Origin: the human T2T-CHM13v2.0 reference genome, Homo sapiens
NCBI RefSeq assembly: GCF_009914755.1
Contig: NC_060941.1
Reading direction: 5' to 3' (one strand)
Length of the DNA: 64,000 nt
Within the stretch, counting starts at the first letter, position 1. Each line of letters begins with the position of its first letter. Both the position numbers and the translations under genes were made by a program. Below, one piece after another: positions 1-19,890 of this stretch. The notes beneath the pieces are model-generated. The model was not told the DNA's origin. It saw nothing but the letters and a program-made list of their open reading frames with translations, and did not search any database.

Positions 1-2030
<2,030 letters not shown>

Positions 2031-2749
2031 AGATTTATGCCTTTTAAATACATGTTTATAATTACTTAATGGGGTTTTCAGAGGAAGCAAAAGTAGGTGT
2101 TCAATCCTCCATCTTTACCTGGAAATCCGAGAATCAGAATTTATTCCCATAATCACAGAAAAACAAAACAAAGAACACCCTTCAAGTTAACATTTATTGA
2201 ACACCAGGTGTTTTCCCTTCTGTTACCTTAATTTTGACAACCACCATGAAAGGTAAAGTTGATTATCACCATTTTACAGATAAAAGAACCTGAAGCTCAG
2301 ACACTCATTCAAGCAAGCATCTGTGGACCTGGGAGGCAAACTGCTCTGCTGCTTCCAAGTCTGGTTCTTCTAGCGCATGACAGCTGCTTCATCCTATTCT
2401 AGAGCTGCAGCCAGGCTGCCACGGCAGAGGCTATGACCTCACAGCAGCTCAGGCCCTTGAATGGTCTCCATCAAATGTGTGAATGTGCCATATGTGATGA
2501 GAGAAACCAAGTGGACAGAGTAGCTGGCAATGGCAGGCCCCAGAGGCCTCGTTAGTCTGCTCTGCTGCTGGATGAACTCCCCTGGGTCAGGTCGGGGGAC
2601 TGTTCTGCAGCAGACAGGTACCTCCTTGAATCTCTCCTCCCCAGAGTTGACCCTGGGGTGGAGAGAAGCATAGCTGGGGAACCAGCAGAAACTTCAGGGA
2701 CAAATAAAATATAAAAAATTAAGAGAGAGAAACAGAAAATAGATTAGTG

Positions 2750-3969
<1,220 letters not shown>

Positions 3970-4244
3970 TTAAAAAATATCCATAAAATAAGGATACTAA
4001 GCATTTCTAGGCAAGCGAAAGTTTTTCACAAACACAGACGATTGCATCCAGTGCTGAACAACATGGGTGTGGACGGCCTGATCTCAGCAGAAAGTAGCGC
4101 CCGCACTCCTGTCTGAGGCCCAGAGAAGCAAGCTCTGGGGCTGCCGGAAACTGCTGTATGAGTTCCTTGGGAAGTCTGTCCCCCAGCCCCCAGCCTCCCC
4201 AAAGGAAGGTGCCTGGGACCTGGCCCCAGCCTCTGGGAACTTAC

Positions 4245-4333
4245 TTGACGAGCCTCAGTGTGTCCTTTCGGATATTGACCAGGCTTCTCAGAGTCTTCAC
4301 GGGTTCTTGGGGAGGTGGGGCGGCGTAAGGAAA
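4245..4333 (-). CDS. RNF157: RNF157 coding exon 3 (89 nt, phase 0 to phase 2)
   Basis: Minus strand reads ...cttctcctgctttgtttctgacacag|TTTCCTTACGCC...AGGCTCGTCAA|gtaagt; translates FPYAAPPPQEPVKTLRSLVNIRKDTLRLV(K), directly continuing exon 2 in frame. Confidence 0.96.
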
Positions 4334-5459
4334 CTGTGTCAGAAACAAAGCAGGAGAAGGTGGTGTGTTTAAAAAGACCCACAGCTGTCCCTCGCTTTAC
4401 AGTTTGCCAAGAATAGCCCTAAGAGGTGAGGCAGGAAGGCACAACTCTCCTAATTAAGTGAGGAAACTGAAACTCCGACATACTGAGTCAACCTGCTCAA
4501 GGTCACAGCTAGCGGGAAAACTGGGATGCAATTTGGGGCCCAAAGAGCCAGATTTATCTTCTTTTTCCATTATATGAAGCTTATTTCGGTCAGTGTTCAA
4601 AACCTGGAGAATTAATAATAAAAAAAAAAACCGCTGAAGTTCCAAATACCAAAGGACACACTGTGGCCGAGTTAATCACAAAAGGCTTTTCCATCTGACC
4701 TCAGACGACAGGGAACCAGACCTGCAAGCCCTTTCCTTCGGTGAGGCCATGCGGTATCCCAGGAGTTTAGGGACCGCAAATAAAAGAGGGCCCCATCATG
4801 TGTACAGAGCTGAAGTTTGCAAACAGTAAAGAACAAACTTCCCCTGCAGCTGATCATATAAAGCAGAGCTCTTTAACATGTGAGCCAAGAGTTATTTTGG
4901 GGTCACCAAAGGTTTATGGTTGTCTTCATCATTTACCATCCGCTTCTTCCCCCTTTGCCCGTTTAGACCTTTGGATTTGAAGTTCTGAGTTGTTGATAAT
5001 GATGAGATAAAGAAAGGGGAAATAGCCAAAAATTTCACTGGGAATTGCCTTCTGAGGATCAAGAATGATTTCAAATGTTCCCGGTATTTTTAAAATGTTA
5101 TTTGGGCAATCAAAATGTTTTAACATATAATTCCCAAAAAACCTACTGGTCTCTGCAGCTTTGCAAAACTGTGGTTCTCTTGGCTCAAGAAGAGTCTACC
5201 TCCATAGTGTGGTATCACAAAACAGGACACCCAAGTTATAATCAAATTGTGCCCTCACAGGTTTTTATTGAATATGGTTATTTTACTTGGGAAACAATAT
5301 AGTTAAACCATAGTTAAGGTGCATCTGACTTAATGTACGCAGTATAATTGCTTATAATTCACAGGTATGAATGTGACTCTTACATTCAATAGAAATTATC
5401 TTCATTCAGATTACTCACTTTGTGGGCATGATGCAGTAATTTACTTTTTCATTGATATA

Positions 5460-6010
5460 TTAACCATACATTCTTTTAAAAATGATAGTTTTTTCTAATT
5501 ACAAAGTAATATATGTTTAAGCAGAAAACTTGAAAAACACAAAAAAGTACAAAACTATCCCTAATTTTACTACTCGGCAATACCAAAATTAACATTATGG
5601 AATACGTATCTCCATCCGTCCGTCTATCCATCCATCCTGTCCACCTCTATATCTATGTGCTGTTTCACACTGAACATACTATTTTGCAGTTTCTTTTTCA
5701 CCTAAAAAGATGTGGTAAACATTTTTAAAGTCCATAATTTTGATAACATTGCAGATAATAGCATACTTTAATCAATTCCATATTATTCAATATTTTATGT
5801 TGGTTTTACTTTTTTTCGCAGCTATAAATGTTGTGGTGAATATCCTTGTCCCTATATTTCTGCATGCTTGTTTGATTATTTCCTAAGGACAAATTCCTAG
5901 AAGTGGAATTACAGGATCAAAGAGTAAGCATATTTTTAAGACTTTAAAAATTATTTTGCCAAACAGTTTTCCACAAAGCTGACTCCAACTTTGCCCTCCT
6001 GCAAGCAGTG
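5460..6010 (-). mobile_element. Old L1ME-type fragment
   Basis: ATTTCCTAAGGACAAATTCCTAGAAGTGGAATTACAGGATCAAAG typical of antisense L1M. Confidence 0.65.
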
Positions 6011-7093
6011 CATCAGGAGGCCTTGACATGGTAAAACTGAAATTCTAGTTCAGATCCCATCTGTGGCCTGTTTCTCCTCCCCCAACTTTCCTAGGCTGTC
6101 ATACTAAAGGAATTTAAAACAATTTTTAAATAAGCTTAAGCAAAAAGTAATTAGGCAGGAAAATCCGACACAAACGCTAGTCTATTCTAAAGCCAAAATA
6201 AATGACTTTGGGATTAAAATTTTTTTCTGGAGTAGCAAAGTTAATCATTTTCATTTGTACAGGTACTTGGGCGTTATCCATAACTCCTACCTGCATTTCA
6301 AAAAAAAGATGCGTCTTTTCCCTTATTCTTTACTCTTTCTCCTCCATAGCCACTCCCTGCCGCAAAAGAGAGAAAAATAAAAAGAAAGAAAAAAAAATCC
6401 TGGCACTCTTTATCCTCCATTTTGAATATATTTGATGATAACTGTGGCAATGAAACATAAGCTATTTGGCTCTTAAGGAAAGGTATCAATGAGTTCAATT
6501 GTTTATAAATCCACCCCTATACTTTAGGCTCTCCCTGTACACACACATACACGCACAAGACAACAACGGCAAATCTGTTCAGGAGAAGCTTGTTCGTGGG
6601 CTGCTACCCACCAAAGTTTGTGCCTTGCTGGCCTTGCATTCATGCAATCAGAGTCTACATGCAACACTCCATGCCAGGAGTAAGGAGAGATTGAAAACCA
6701 AGAAGATAAGGCCCTGCTCTTTCAGGAAGCTGCATTATAAGGCAGCTGACATAGTAATTGTAATATCAAAGAGATTAAATATATGGATATTTTTTTGCCA
6801 CAAAAGGCAAAAATAAAGGAAGTGATCATTTCTGGCTGAGGTAATCTGAAGGCTTCATGGAGGAGTTGGTAGTTGATCTGGGATCCTAAAGGATAAATGA
6901 AATTTGCAAATTCAGAGATAACAGAGAAGATGGAGGGGACAGTAGGATCAGAGGCAAATTAAAAAAAATTTTTTTTCTGCTCTTAGAGTTGTCTCCCATT
7001 CTTCTGTAAATCGATTTTGCCTACTATTACTCTCGAAATTTCTTAGTGAGTTATCTTCCTTTCAAAAATTACCATTTATTGAGTGCTTACTAT

Positions 7094-9186
7094 TGATGAC
7101 AGTGGTGGGCTGTCCAGAGCAGCCGCTGCCATCACAACGGCTGCTGCAGGGGGGTCGCAGGGAGCAGACAGACAGCCCCTCCACAGCTTGCCGCCCTGGA
7201 GGCCACCCCATGGGGCTGGCCGGGTTACCCACCAGCAGAGGAGCAGCGTGGCAGAAGAGCAGCGCGGTAGGGCAAAGAGGAGCCCCGAGGCGGAGCTGGG
7301 CCTTGGCCAGTGTCCCGCTTGCTCATGGAGCGCCAGGGCCAGGCCTGGGCGCGGAGCTGGGGCCATGCTTCAGGGGCCCCGGGCAGGAAGTGGGAGCAGC
7401 TTCCGCTTCGGGCACCTGGCCATTGGCGCAGCCACTGTGCCCACCCTGCCGAGGGTGCCAGGTTCCTGTGCCTCGGGAGGAGGTTCTGCGCAGCCCGTCT
7501 GGGGCTGCGCCCCCAGGTCTGCCCCACATTGGGGTGACCACTGAGCCTGACACTCCTGGGCAGATGGCCTGGCCCAGGCCCAGGCCCAGGATCCACTCTG
7601 TCCCAGACTGCCCGTGAAGCACCGGGGGAACAGGCAGAGCTCATGGCGATGTCACCCTGCCCTGGACACTGGCCCCGGCCCTGGCCCCGGCCCAGTGAGG
7701 ACCTGGAGCCCCTGCCCCAGGCTGCAAGGGGGTGCTGCAGGGGCTGCATGCTCCACAGAGCCGGTGGAAGCCAGGAACAGGCAGCAGCCCCGCCTTGGGC
7801 TGTGGATCGGGGGCCTCCATAAGCTCTTGGAGACACGGAAAAGCCCTCCCACCCCCCCGCCCCAGCAGGCTCGGAAGTGCCTGCTCCTGCCGCCTAGCTT
7901 CTGCTTGCTCTTGGTGCTGGCTCTGATCTTAGAGCAGTGTGGGGCCAAGCCAAGGTGCTGTTGCAGCCAGGCTAGGAGTGCACATGCTCGGGGTAGCGCT
8001 GACAAGCCAGCCCCCTGCTGCCTCGGCCCCTTCCAGACTTTGGGCACTGATGAGCATGAGGGAAGGGGAAGGGGGAGAGGCGAGGGGGTGCTGAGGGCAG
8101 CTTGGTGCTGGCCTTCAGGGAGGACGTGAAGGCTGGGGGCCTGGCTGCCAGTCCCGCCCACTGGAGTGGGAACTTGTGTTGCCTTTTCTAGGCCTGCCCA
8201 TGGATGCCCAGGGACCAGTCTACCTGCACTTCCTCCCCTCTGAGGCCCATAAAAGGCCCAGGCTCAGCCAGAACAGAGCAGAGGTTGGGACCACCAGCTG
8301 CAGAGAGGAGCAACCTACTCCAGTGCCTCCTCTCTGCTGATAGCTGCAGAGATGTCCATAAGACCAGCTGCAGAGAGGAGCTACGCACTCCAGGGCCTCC
8401 TCTCTGCTGAGAGCTGCAGAGAAGACAGGATGACCTTCCTGCGGAAAAGAGCTTCCCACTCCAGGGTCTCTATGCTAGGACACTTGTCAGGACACCCTGG
8501 CTGCGGAAAGAGCTACCCACTGCGGGTATCCTCTGAGCTGTTCCAAGGCTCAATAAGGCTCCTCTTCGTCTTGCTCACCCTATGTTTGTCTGTGTATCTC
8601 ATTCTTCCTTGTTGCAGGACAAGAATTTTGGACCCATGGAATGGTGGGACTAAAAGAGCTGTAACACAAACAGGACTGAAACATGCTCCTTGCTTGTCAT
8701 GTTGCAGGCAAAGAGGAGAGAAGAGCTGTGGCCCGTCGGGGAGCCCAGACCTGGGAGCTGCCCAAGCCAGGGCTATGACTTCCTCTTTGTGGCCCTGTAG
8801 TTCCTGGCATCTCCAAGCTTCCGGGTGCCACCACATTCCCTGGTGCCAACCGGGAGAGCTGCTTGCAGTGCACCTGGTCCAGCCACAGCCTCGCAGACAG
8901 CTGGCACCTATACTGGCACCTGGGGCTGCCAGCCCCACAGCGGCAGCTGGCGTGTCTGACTGCACAGTGGCCGGACCCCACTCTCGCTCACACACCCCTT
9001 GCTGCTCCATGCCTGACTTGCAGTCTCCCTTGGAGGCGTGGGATATAGGCTGGTAGTGTGAGCTGAGTGCAGCCTGTCAGGCCAAGTGGGTGGAAGAAGC
9101 CCAATGTGCCTGAGCCGAACCTGTGCAAGGCACCACTGGCCACAGGTTTCCAGCCAGAAAAGTGACACCCCAAAGATCACATAATA
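7094..9186 (+). mobile_element. MER52-family (ERV1) solo LTR, ~2.1 kb, inserted in a MIR
   Basis: Begins TGATGACAGTGG, ends GACACCCCAAAGATCACATAATA; 4-bp TSD CTAT (7090-7093, 9187-9190); GC-rich; internal repeats CAGCTGCAGAGAGGAGC...CTCCTCTCTGCTGA; flanks rejoin to MIR sequence TTATTGAGTGCTTACTATGTGCCAGGCAC. Confidence 0.85.
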
Positions 9187-10015
9187 CTATGTGCCAGGCA
9201 CTATGCTGAGCTCTTTATTTATATTATCTTATTTAATCTTTGGAGGAATCCTGTGAAATAGTCATGGTTGTTCCCATTTTTGCAGGTAAGAAAACAGAGG
9301 TTGCAAAGAGGTTGAAAAACTTCTCTAAAGTCCCCCAAGTTTTAGGGAGCAGAGGTTATTTTTCTCTCTTTTTTTTTTCCAGTAACTAACATGTCTTAAA
9401 GGGAGCAGAGTTGAGGTTTGAACACGTTCTACCTTTATCTTTCCCCAAGACGCTCTGGATGCAGCTTTTTAATCTAGAGATGAGATTTCCAAGGATTAAA
9501 GTGCTGGTTATTAAAAGATCTGAAGACACAAATTTATTTATTTTCTCATTCCTTTCTAAAGTCAAGACATCAGATAAATGTTTGTGTTTGTCCACACTAT
9601 CTCCTCAATACATGCACCATTACTAAGTTATATTTAAGACAAAAGGTGTATCCTGGCCGGGCACAGTAGCTCACGCTTGTAATTCCAGCATTTTGGGAGG
9701 CTGAGGCAGAAAGATCGCTTGAGCTTAGGAGTTTTGAGACCAGCCTGGGCAACATGGCGAGACTTTGTCCCCACAAAAAATGTAGAACTTAGTCAGCATG
9801 GTGGCACACACCTGTAGTCCCAGCTACTCAGAAGGCTGACGCAAGAGGATCACTTGAGCCCAGGAGATTGAGGCTGCAGTGAGCTATGATAGCATCACTG
9901 CACTCCAGCTTGGGGGAGAGAGTGAGACCATCCCAAAAAGGAAAAAAAAAGAGGCCAAGCGTGGTGGTTCATGTCTCTAATCCCAGCACTTTGGGAGGTC
10001 GAGGTGGGCAGATCA

Positions 10016-10264
<249 letters not shown>

Positions 10265-12344
10265 CTAAAACCAGAGATCTCACTCATATGCTAACAGGTA
10301 AGTATGAAAGGAAAGAAAACTAATGCCTTCTTGGGACCAAGAAAGATGAAGCTCAGAACAGATTCAGGGCCAAGCATTTTTCTGAAGTACTCATGCACCA
10401 GTCCACTGTACTTAGCATTAGCAATCGTTTTCTCAGTTCATATCCACAGAGTTTCTGTTTTCTTTTTTAGAGTCTGCAAAGGGTAATTTTCTCAGCCCTA
10501 GGTCTACTGAGTAAGGGAGTGCATGGTGACAAGGAAGACCAGATAAAGTCTTTCTGATGTAAGCATCCTGGCATATCCGGAAACAGGAAGAGCTTCCTTT
10601 TCTGTCTTGCACACAACATGCCCCAGGTCCACAGACAGAGGGAGACTGAGAAGCTTTCTGATCTCTTACCTCAAGCTCAGTATGGATTTATAGAATGGCT
10701 TCCTGTTTCTCAGGTATCATTCTGGAGTAAATAAACCCTTAACAGCCTTATGAAGGACAACTAAATGCAGCTTCTAGAATCCTATTTCACTTTTTATAAT
10801 GAAAACAGGCCTCAGATCAAGACTCATGAACAAAGAATGAAATTTGGTCTGCTCAGGGATTTGGGGACCAAACATTAAGTGTGAGTACCTTTACGACAGA
10901 AAAGCAAGGCACAGATCCCCCTAATCTATTCATCTAACCAGAAAACTCTGCCAAAAGAAAGCCCCTTTCATGGGGTAAAACTTGGGTAACCTGCAATTAC
11001 AGCTTGGCAAATCATGAAAAAAGAGAATGTAAGGAAATATTTAACTGAGTATCTACTATGTGCCAGGCATTATGCTAGGTACTTTAGATAGATTCTTTTT
11101 GTCCCCCATTTTACTTTACATATTTTTTATCTTTATTTTTAAATTTTCGTAGAGATGGGGTTTTACTATGTTGCCCAGGCTGGTCTCAAACTCTTGAGTT
11201 CAAGTGATCTTCTCGCCTCAGCTTCCCAAAGTGCGGGGATTAGAGGTGTAAGCCACCACACCTGGTCTTTTTATTTTTATCTTGGTAAAATACACATAAC
11301 ATGAAATTTACTATCTCAATCATATTCAAGTATACAGTTCAGCGGCATTAAGTAACATTCACATTCGCATTATCGTGCGGCCATCACCGCCATCCAGCTC
11401 TAGTTTAGGTATGCTCTTATTTCACATTCTCGAAAGGAACAACATGCCTGCCCCTCTCACCAGCCTGTAAGTTCCGTGTGTATGCTGGAGGACAGTCCAA
11501 CATGCCGGAGAAATACAGTAGCCGACTGAAAAATGAAGAATGTCAGTTAAACAAACTGACATTCTACAGATAAAGAAACCGAGACTCAAAAGATTCACGT
11601 AATCATCCAGGGTCCCAGAGCTAATGAGCAGCAGAACCACAATTTGAACCCAGGTACATCTGACTCCAAAAGCCATACTCTATTGCACTGCTTCTACTGT
11701 AGGGCAAGTCTACAGGCTCTTCTAATCCTAGGAGTGTTCCAGGGACCTGAGCAGAGTTCGGGGAGTCTGAAAGTTATACCATCATGGCAAACAGTACTGA
11801 ATTCTGTGAAGGTTCTGGAAGCTAGCCAAAAATCTCCAATGGCGCCCTATGCTTAGATGGCAGTATGTACAAAATCATACCACGCACCACACTCCTTTCT
11901 ATCTTTAACAGGAGTATCTAAGGTCTTCTTAGAGAAGAGCTTTCTTGGAGCACAGTATGACAAAATCTTTGTCTATAAGATCTAACAGTACCTGCAGAAG
12001 ATACAAATGTACACTGAGGGCAGGGTGATGTCAGAGAACACTGCCAGCAGCCACAGCCACAATGGATACGTCAGTCAGCGTTTACCTTCCACCCAAGATG
12101 CTCAAAGATGTGTTACTGCCAGATAGTTCTAAAATATGGCGACTTCTTCACTAAATTGTTTTCAAAAAATGGTCGGGTGCGGTGGCTCACATCTAATCCC
12201 AGCACTTTGGGAAGCCGAGACAGGCAGATCACCTGAGGTCCAGAGTTTGAGACCAGGCTGGCCAACATGGTGAAACCTCATCTCTACTAAAAATACAAAA
12301 ATCAGCTGGGTGTGGTGGCGTGTGCCTGTACTCCCAGTTACTCA

Positions 12345-12506
<162 letters not shown>

Positions 12507-12889
12507 TTACCCATTCATTCAGCACTCTCACTATATCCTGAGTACTGAACTAGGCCTGAGGGACACAGTGAAGAGTCAAGCAAACCTCTCTTAGTTCCAT
12601 CTGTAAAGGGGCGTCAAGCTTGCATCTGGTGCCCTGCATGCTTGGATACAACATCCTCCTGGGACTGGGCTGCTGTGTCTGTCCTGAAGTAAGCCTGAAT
12701 CTGAGAATAACTTAAATCCCAAACATCTCAAACCCAGAATGGAAGTAGAGTTGGGCTCAGCCAGAAGACCTCTTTTGGTGGACCTCAGGCGTTTGCTGAC
12801 GAAGGCTCTGTGTGTTACGTGAGCAACTCCTCTTTGGCTTTTGACCCTGGTGCTCATCAGCTTCCTTTTACCAGCACATCACATCGGCA

Positions 12890-12908
12890 AAGCGCCACCT
12901 GGTGACGA
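12890..12908 (-). promoter_or_regulatory. Candidate CTCF site
   Basis: AAGCGCCACCTGGTGACGA closely matches the reverse complement of the CTCF core (CCACCAGGTGGCGCT); in non-repeat sequence. Motif only. Confidence 0.55.
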
Positions 12909-12991
12909 AAGATGAAATTGCCAGACCATGCCCAAATGCAGGCCAGAAGGGTGCACGTGCATTCACATACACATGGGCACACACGCATTTA

Positions 12992-12994
<3 letters not shown>

Positions 12995-13025
<31 letters not shown>
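12995..13025. repeat. (TG)n microsatellite
   Basis: About 15 uninterrupted TG units. Confidence 0.95.
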
Positions 13026-13027
<2 letters not shown>

Positions 13028-13299
13028 CAATCACATGTCCTAGATTTTTTTTTTTACCATTCTGATTTCAAATATTACACTACTCCTACGGTTGTACTAT
13101 TTTTGCTGTAAAAAAATATGGTCACAGTACATGTGAAAGGACATCTTACTCTGTGTGTAAATTATTAGGCAATTCCCAGTAGTCTACAAAAAAACACAAT
13201 AATCCATTCATCCCATCCATAAAAATAAAGTTAACTTCAACATAAATCTTTTTTTAAAGTATATACTTTGTTTTCATTTGCTATTAGATTCAGGCCTCG

Positions 13300-13343
<44 letters not shown>

Positions 13344-13430
13344 TATATATATGAGAGAGATATATATCCTATATATCCTATATATGATATATAGGATATA
13401 TAGGATATATATATCCTATATATCATAATA
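13300..13430. repeat. (TA)n microsatellite with AT-rich palindromes
   Basis: TCTCA(TA)nTGAGA followed by TATATATCC / GGATATATA units. Confidence 0.92.
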
Positions 13431-13431
13431 A

Positions 13432-13930
<499 letters not shown>

Positions 13931-15992
13931 GAAAGAAAAAATGCTGGTCTTCTGCAGCTAATAATATTTAATTATATACCAAAATAAATTCACATAAAGT
14001 TTTTTTTTGTTTTGTTTTTTAGAGGTAGGGTCTTGCTATGTTTCCATGCTGGAATGCAGTGGCTATTCACTGTGACCATAGTGCACTACAGCCTTGAACT
14101 ACTGGGCTCAAGTGATCCTCCTGCCTCAGCTTCCCGAGTAGCTGGGACTACAAGCAAGTCATCACAGCTGGCTAATTTCTATCATTTCTTCCACATTAAA
14201 AAACATTTATGGATATAGAATAATTATAGCTTTCTACATTTATTAGCTGGGATTCTACTGTAAGGAAGAGCTGTCCTTTATCATTCAATTATTCAATTAT
14301 TTCTTCATTTGTTTAATTATAAATTATGTATTTATGTAATTTATTTTATATTAATTTTTTTACTTAAGTAAAAACAAAAAACCCAAAATACCAAAAATAT
14401 GCTTCCAAAGACAGGAAACCATTTTAGACAATTTATAATTAAAATAGCAAAGTACAGGCTGGGAGCGGTGGCTCACACCTGTAATCCCAGCACTTTGGGA
14501 AGCTGAGGTGGGCGGGTTGGTTGAGGCCAGGAGTTTGAGACCAGCCTGGCCAGCATGGTGAAACCCCGTCTCTACTAAAAACACAAAAAATTAGCCAGGC
14601 ACAGCGGCACGCGCCTGTAATCCTAGCTACTTGGGAGGCTGAGGCAAGATAATCACTTGAACCTGGGAGGCAGAGGTTTCAGTGAGCCAAGATAGTGCCA
14701 CTGTACTCCAGCCTGGGCGACAGAGCAAGACTCCATCTAAAAAAAAAAAAAAAAAAGCAAAGTACACATTTTGTATATTGGGCAGACATTTAATATTTAT
14801 GCCAGAGAATCAAATAATAATTACTATAGAAACCAACACCTGGGGTCATATCAAAAACTCATTCATGGTACTACATAATCTCTTTTTTTATAGGGTTTTG
14901 TGTTTAAATTCTATTTCATTTTTATTTGATGCCTGGTTATTTTCCCAGCTTTCTCTGCTTCCCTTCTCCTGAGATACATAACGTGTCCAAGGCTTACCAG
15001 TGGATATTTTTAGACTGGTGATGGATCAGTGTTGGGGAGAGCAGCTTCGTATTTGCTTGAATGCTGTGAAGTGAATACAAATTTGCCTATTTACCCAGAT
15101 TCATCCCTGAGACAGACTGATGTGCCTGCTGTAGATCAGAACAACAATGATCTATATTAACTGCAGTAAACCTCTTTTCACTAATTTTTCAACCAATCCT
15201 CATGGGGAGCCAATCACCAGCTTAGAATGAATGGTAATCACAAAGCTGACAAGATAAAAGATATTCTTTGTACCCAAATCAAAGATATGAGGGAGATAGC
15301 AAGAGAGTGTCACAGATGACCTTGCACACAAAAATGCTTTGTCTTCAGATTTGGCTATCAAAGAAATCAATCCAAGAAAGCACTCCATTTATAGTCTTCG
15401 AACTCCTCTGCTAGGTCTCTTGGCAGGAAGTACACAAGACCAACGTCATGGCTATATGACCTCCCACCTAATGTTGACCTTTTCCAAAATATTTAATTAA
15501 GCAATTGCACAGTTAAGCAATTCTCTCTGTTCACCTTAACAGGTGATAAGGGTACGAAAAACCTACCACAGAGTAAAGAACACATCATAAAATGGCATAG
15601 ATCTTGGTAATGACCATCACAGATCCATTCTATATCTCTCCTTATGTTTTAGGTCTTGACTCATTGTTTGAGAATACTGAGACTGGGCAACATGCTCAGT
15701 CCCACTCTGTCATTAAACACACCTACATGGCTACGTGAACTGCTTAGATGACAAATGAACCTACTTGACTTCCAGGCCCCCCCAGATAGGAAGCCTCCCT
15801 TCCCAGCAGGCTAAAACCTTCTACCCAATCATGCTGTGCTTCTAGAATAAAACTACCTTCCAGAAGACGAATTGCTTTTAGTTGCAAAAGATTTTGCCTA
15901 ACACCAGCTAATTTTAAGTTGAGTTAAAAGGAGAAAAGCGTGCTCTTAATAAAGCAGACACAGTCATCTTTTCCCCTCCAGCGAGTTGGTAA

Positions 15993-16317
<325 letters not shown>

Positions 16318-16744
16318 GAGATTACTCCTTTCACACGAGCAACCCATCCTCACTACCTCACTTCCTGATTTCATTTGGTCAGGAGATTCATAAACCAGCT
16401 CACAAATTAGAATACACTTTTAAGCAGCAGGTTTTGAGATGCCTTGATACTGTATGTATGTGAAGAATATGCTTACAGAAGCAAGCACCAGTATCAGACT
16501 AAATAGGCATTTAAAAATATAAAACATATATATATATATTTCTTCCTAAGCAAGTATTTGAACGTTCTAATGCCAAGTATTAAGTTTCCCAGATATTTTA
16601 AAACAGAGGCATTTTTGATAGGCCAATTACTAAGGGCAAGAGGACCAAAATCTTCCCTACTCTCTATTTCAAAAATAAAAAATAAGAAACTGTAAACTGG
16701 TCTTCAAGCTGAAAAACTCCAAGCTGTCCTTTCATGTCCCATTA

Positions 16745-18446
<1,702 letters not shown>

Positions 18447-19249
18447 CTGATAGTTCTATTTTCTGAGTTATTAATGTAAAGATGTGCGGAAACCCTAATG
18501 GAAAAATCTATTCTGCAGCTAGTTTAATAAGGTGGCACTTGTTCCGTTTTGCATTGCTAAGCTTCTAAGAGTCTTGAGAGCTCTGATTATTCTTCAGTCA
18601 CCCCCCAATAGCAGTGGGCAGCCAAGATTCTGTAAACCAAGTGAACTACTTTCTTTGGCTTTTATGAAAGTCTAAACTCATTTAAAGACCGGATATAGTG
18701 AAATGCAGTGGCTAGAACTTTAGGTTCTAGATGGTGAACACCCATACTCTATCATGCTCCAACTCCAAGGTGACTTACGTTCTCTTGTACTGCATCCCAC
18801 GGCCTCCTACCTGGGATCACTCCACTGCCCCATGTGGTCACCCATCACTTCTCAGCCCATCCTTGTAAATCTCCACTCCTTGAGCCACATCCTTCATCAC
18901 CTCCAATTTTCCTTATTCTCAGCAACCTCTTCTCTGTGGTTCTTCCTCTTTTTACTGATTTTCTGCATTTCATTAAGACCCTGGGCTTCTGATCATCTTT
19001 CAGGGCTTGTCAGAGGTGATTACACTCCCTGAAGAATAAATAGGTGTCTTAGCATTAACCACAAGCTTTCTGAGACTAAAAATAGCCAAGTTCCAACTTT
19101 AAACAAGGTGCAAGCAAAGATGGTGCAATAGATGCAACAGATAATTCCCCCCAAAGCAATGCATGCTAGTATCTCCCAACAGTGTTAGTTTGGCTTCTAA
19201 GTTTATAATTCTCAGTCTGGTCATTAATACAAACATTCTCTTATGCTAG

Positions 19250-19890
19250 TTAATAGTCTGTAAAGAAAGCATGGCTCCATAATTAAGTGGGAAGTCAAAA
19301 GTTCAGCAAGAGGATTTAGTGACTGGCTTCTAACGAATACATCATGGAAAGGGGAAGATTTACAGTGGATAAACCTGTACCACCCGGACCATGTAAACAG
19401 GGCTGATATCAACAGCAATAAGTCATGTGATATTATGTACCTCTGATATGATGCAACTACATCTGTGGTTTTCTTTCCCAAAGTCTATAATCCTGGTCTT
19501 TTGATATTTCAAAAGAAAACATTAGAAAAACCCAAATCAAGGGAAGTTCTACAAAATACCTAGCCAAGTACATCTAAAAATTTTCAAGGTCATGAAGAAC
19601 AAGGAAAAATTGAGAAACTAGCACACATTGGAGGAGATGAAGGAAACATGAGAACCAAAAGTATCCTGGACTAGATCCTAGAACTAAGAAAGGACAATAG
19701 AGGAAAAGCTGGTAAAATCCTAATAAAGTCTAGTTTTAAAAATAGTAATGTAACTGTGTTAATTTTCAGTCTGGATAAATGTGTTGCAGTTATGTAAGAT
19801 GTTAACCTTAGGTGGAGCTGGATAAAGGCTATATGGCAACTCTGTTATCTTTTGTGATTCTTCTGTAAGAATAAATTATTAAAAAAATTA
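19250..19890 (+). mobile_element. L1MC-type 3'UTR fragment
   Basis: ATCCTGGACTAGATCCTAGAAC...GTTATGTAAGATGTTAAC...CTTCTGTAA. Confidence 0.6.

Noticed and set aside
4026-4382. 118-aa minus-strand ORF over exon 3
   Set aside because: Different frame from the RNF157 exon and ignores its splice sites.
7076-9180. Stack of long overlapping ORFs (up to 234 aa) suggesting a gene or CpG-island promoter
   Set aside because: All within the GC-rich MER52 LTR (TSD, split MIR); few stops expected at this GC content; no recognisable protein.
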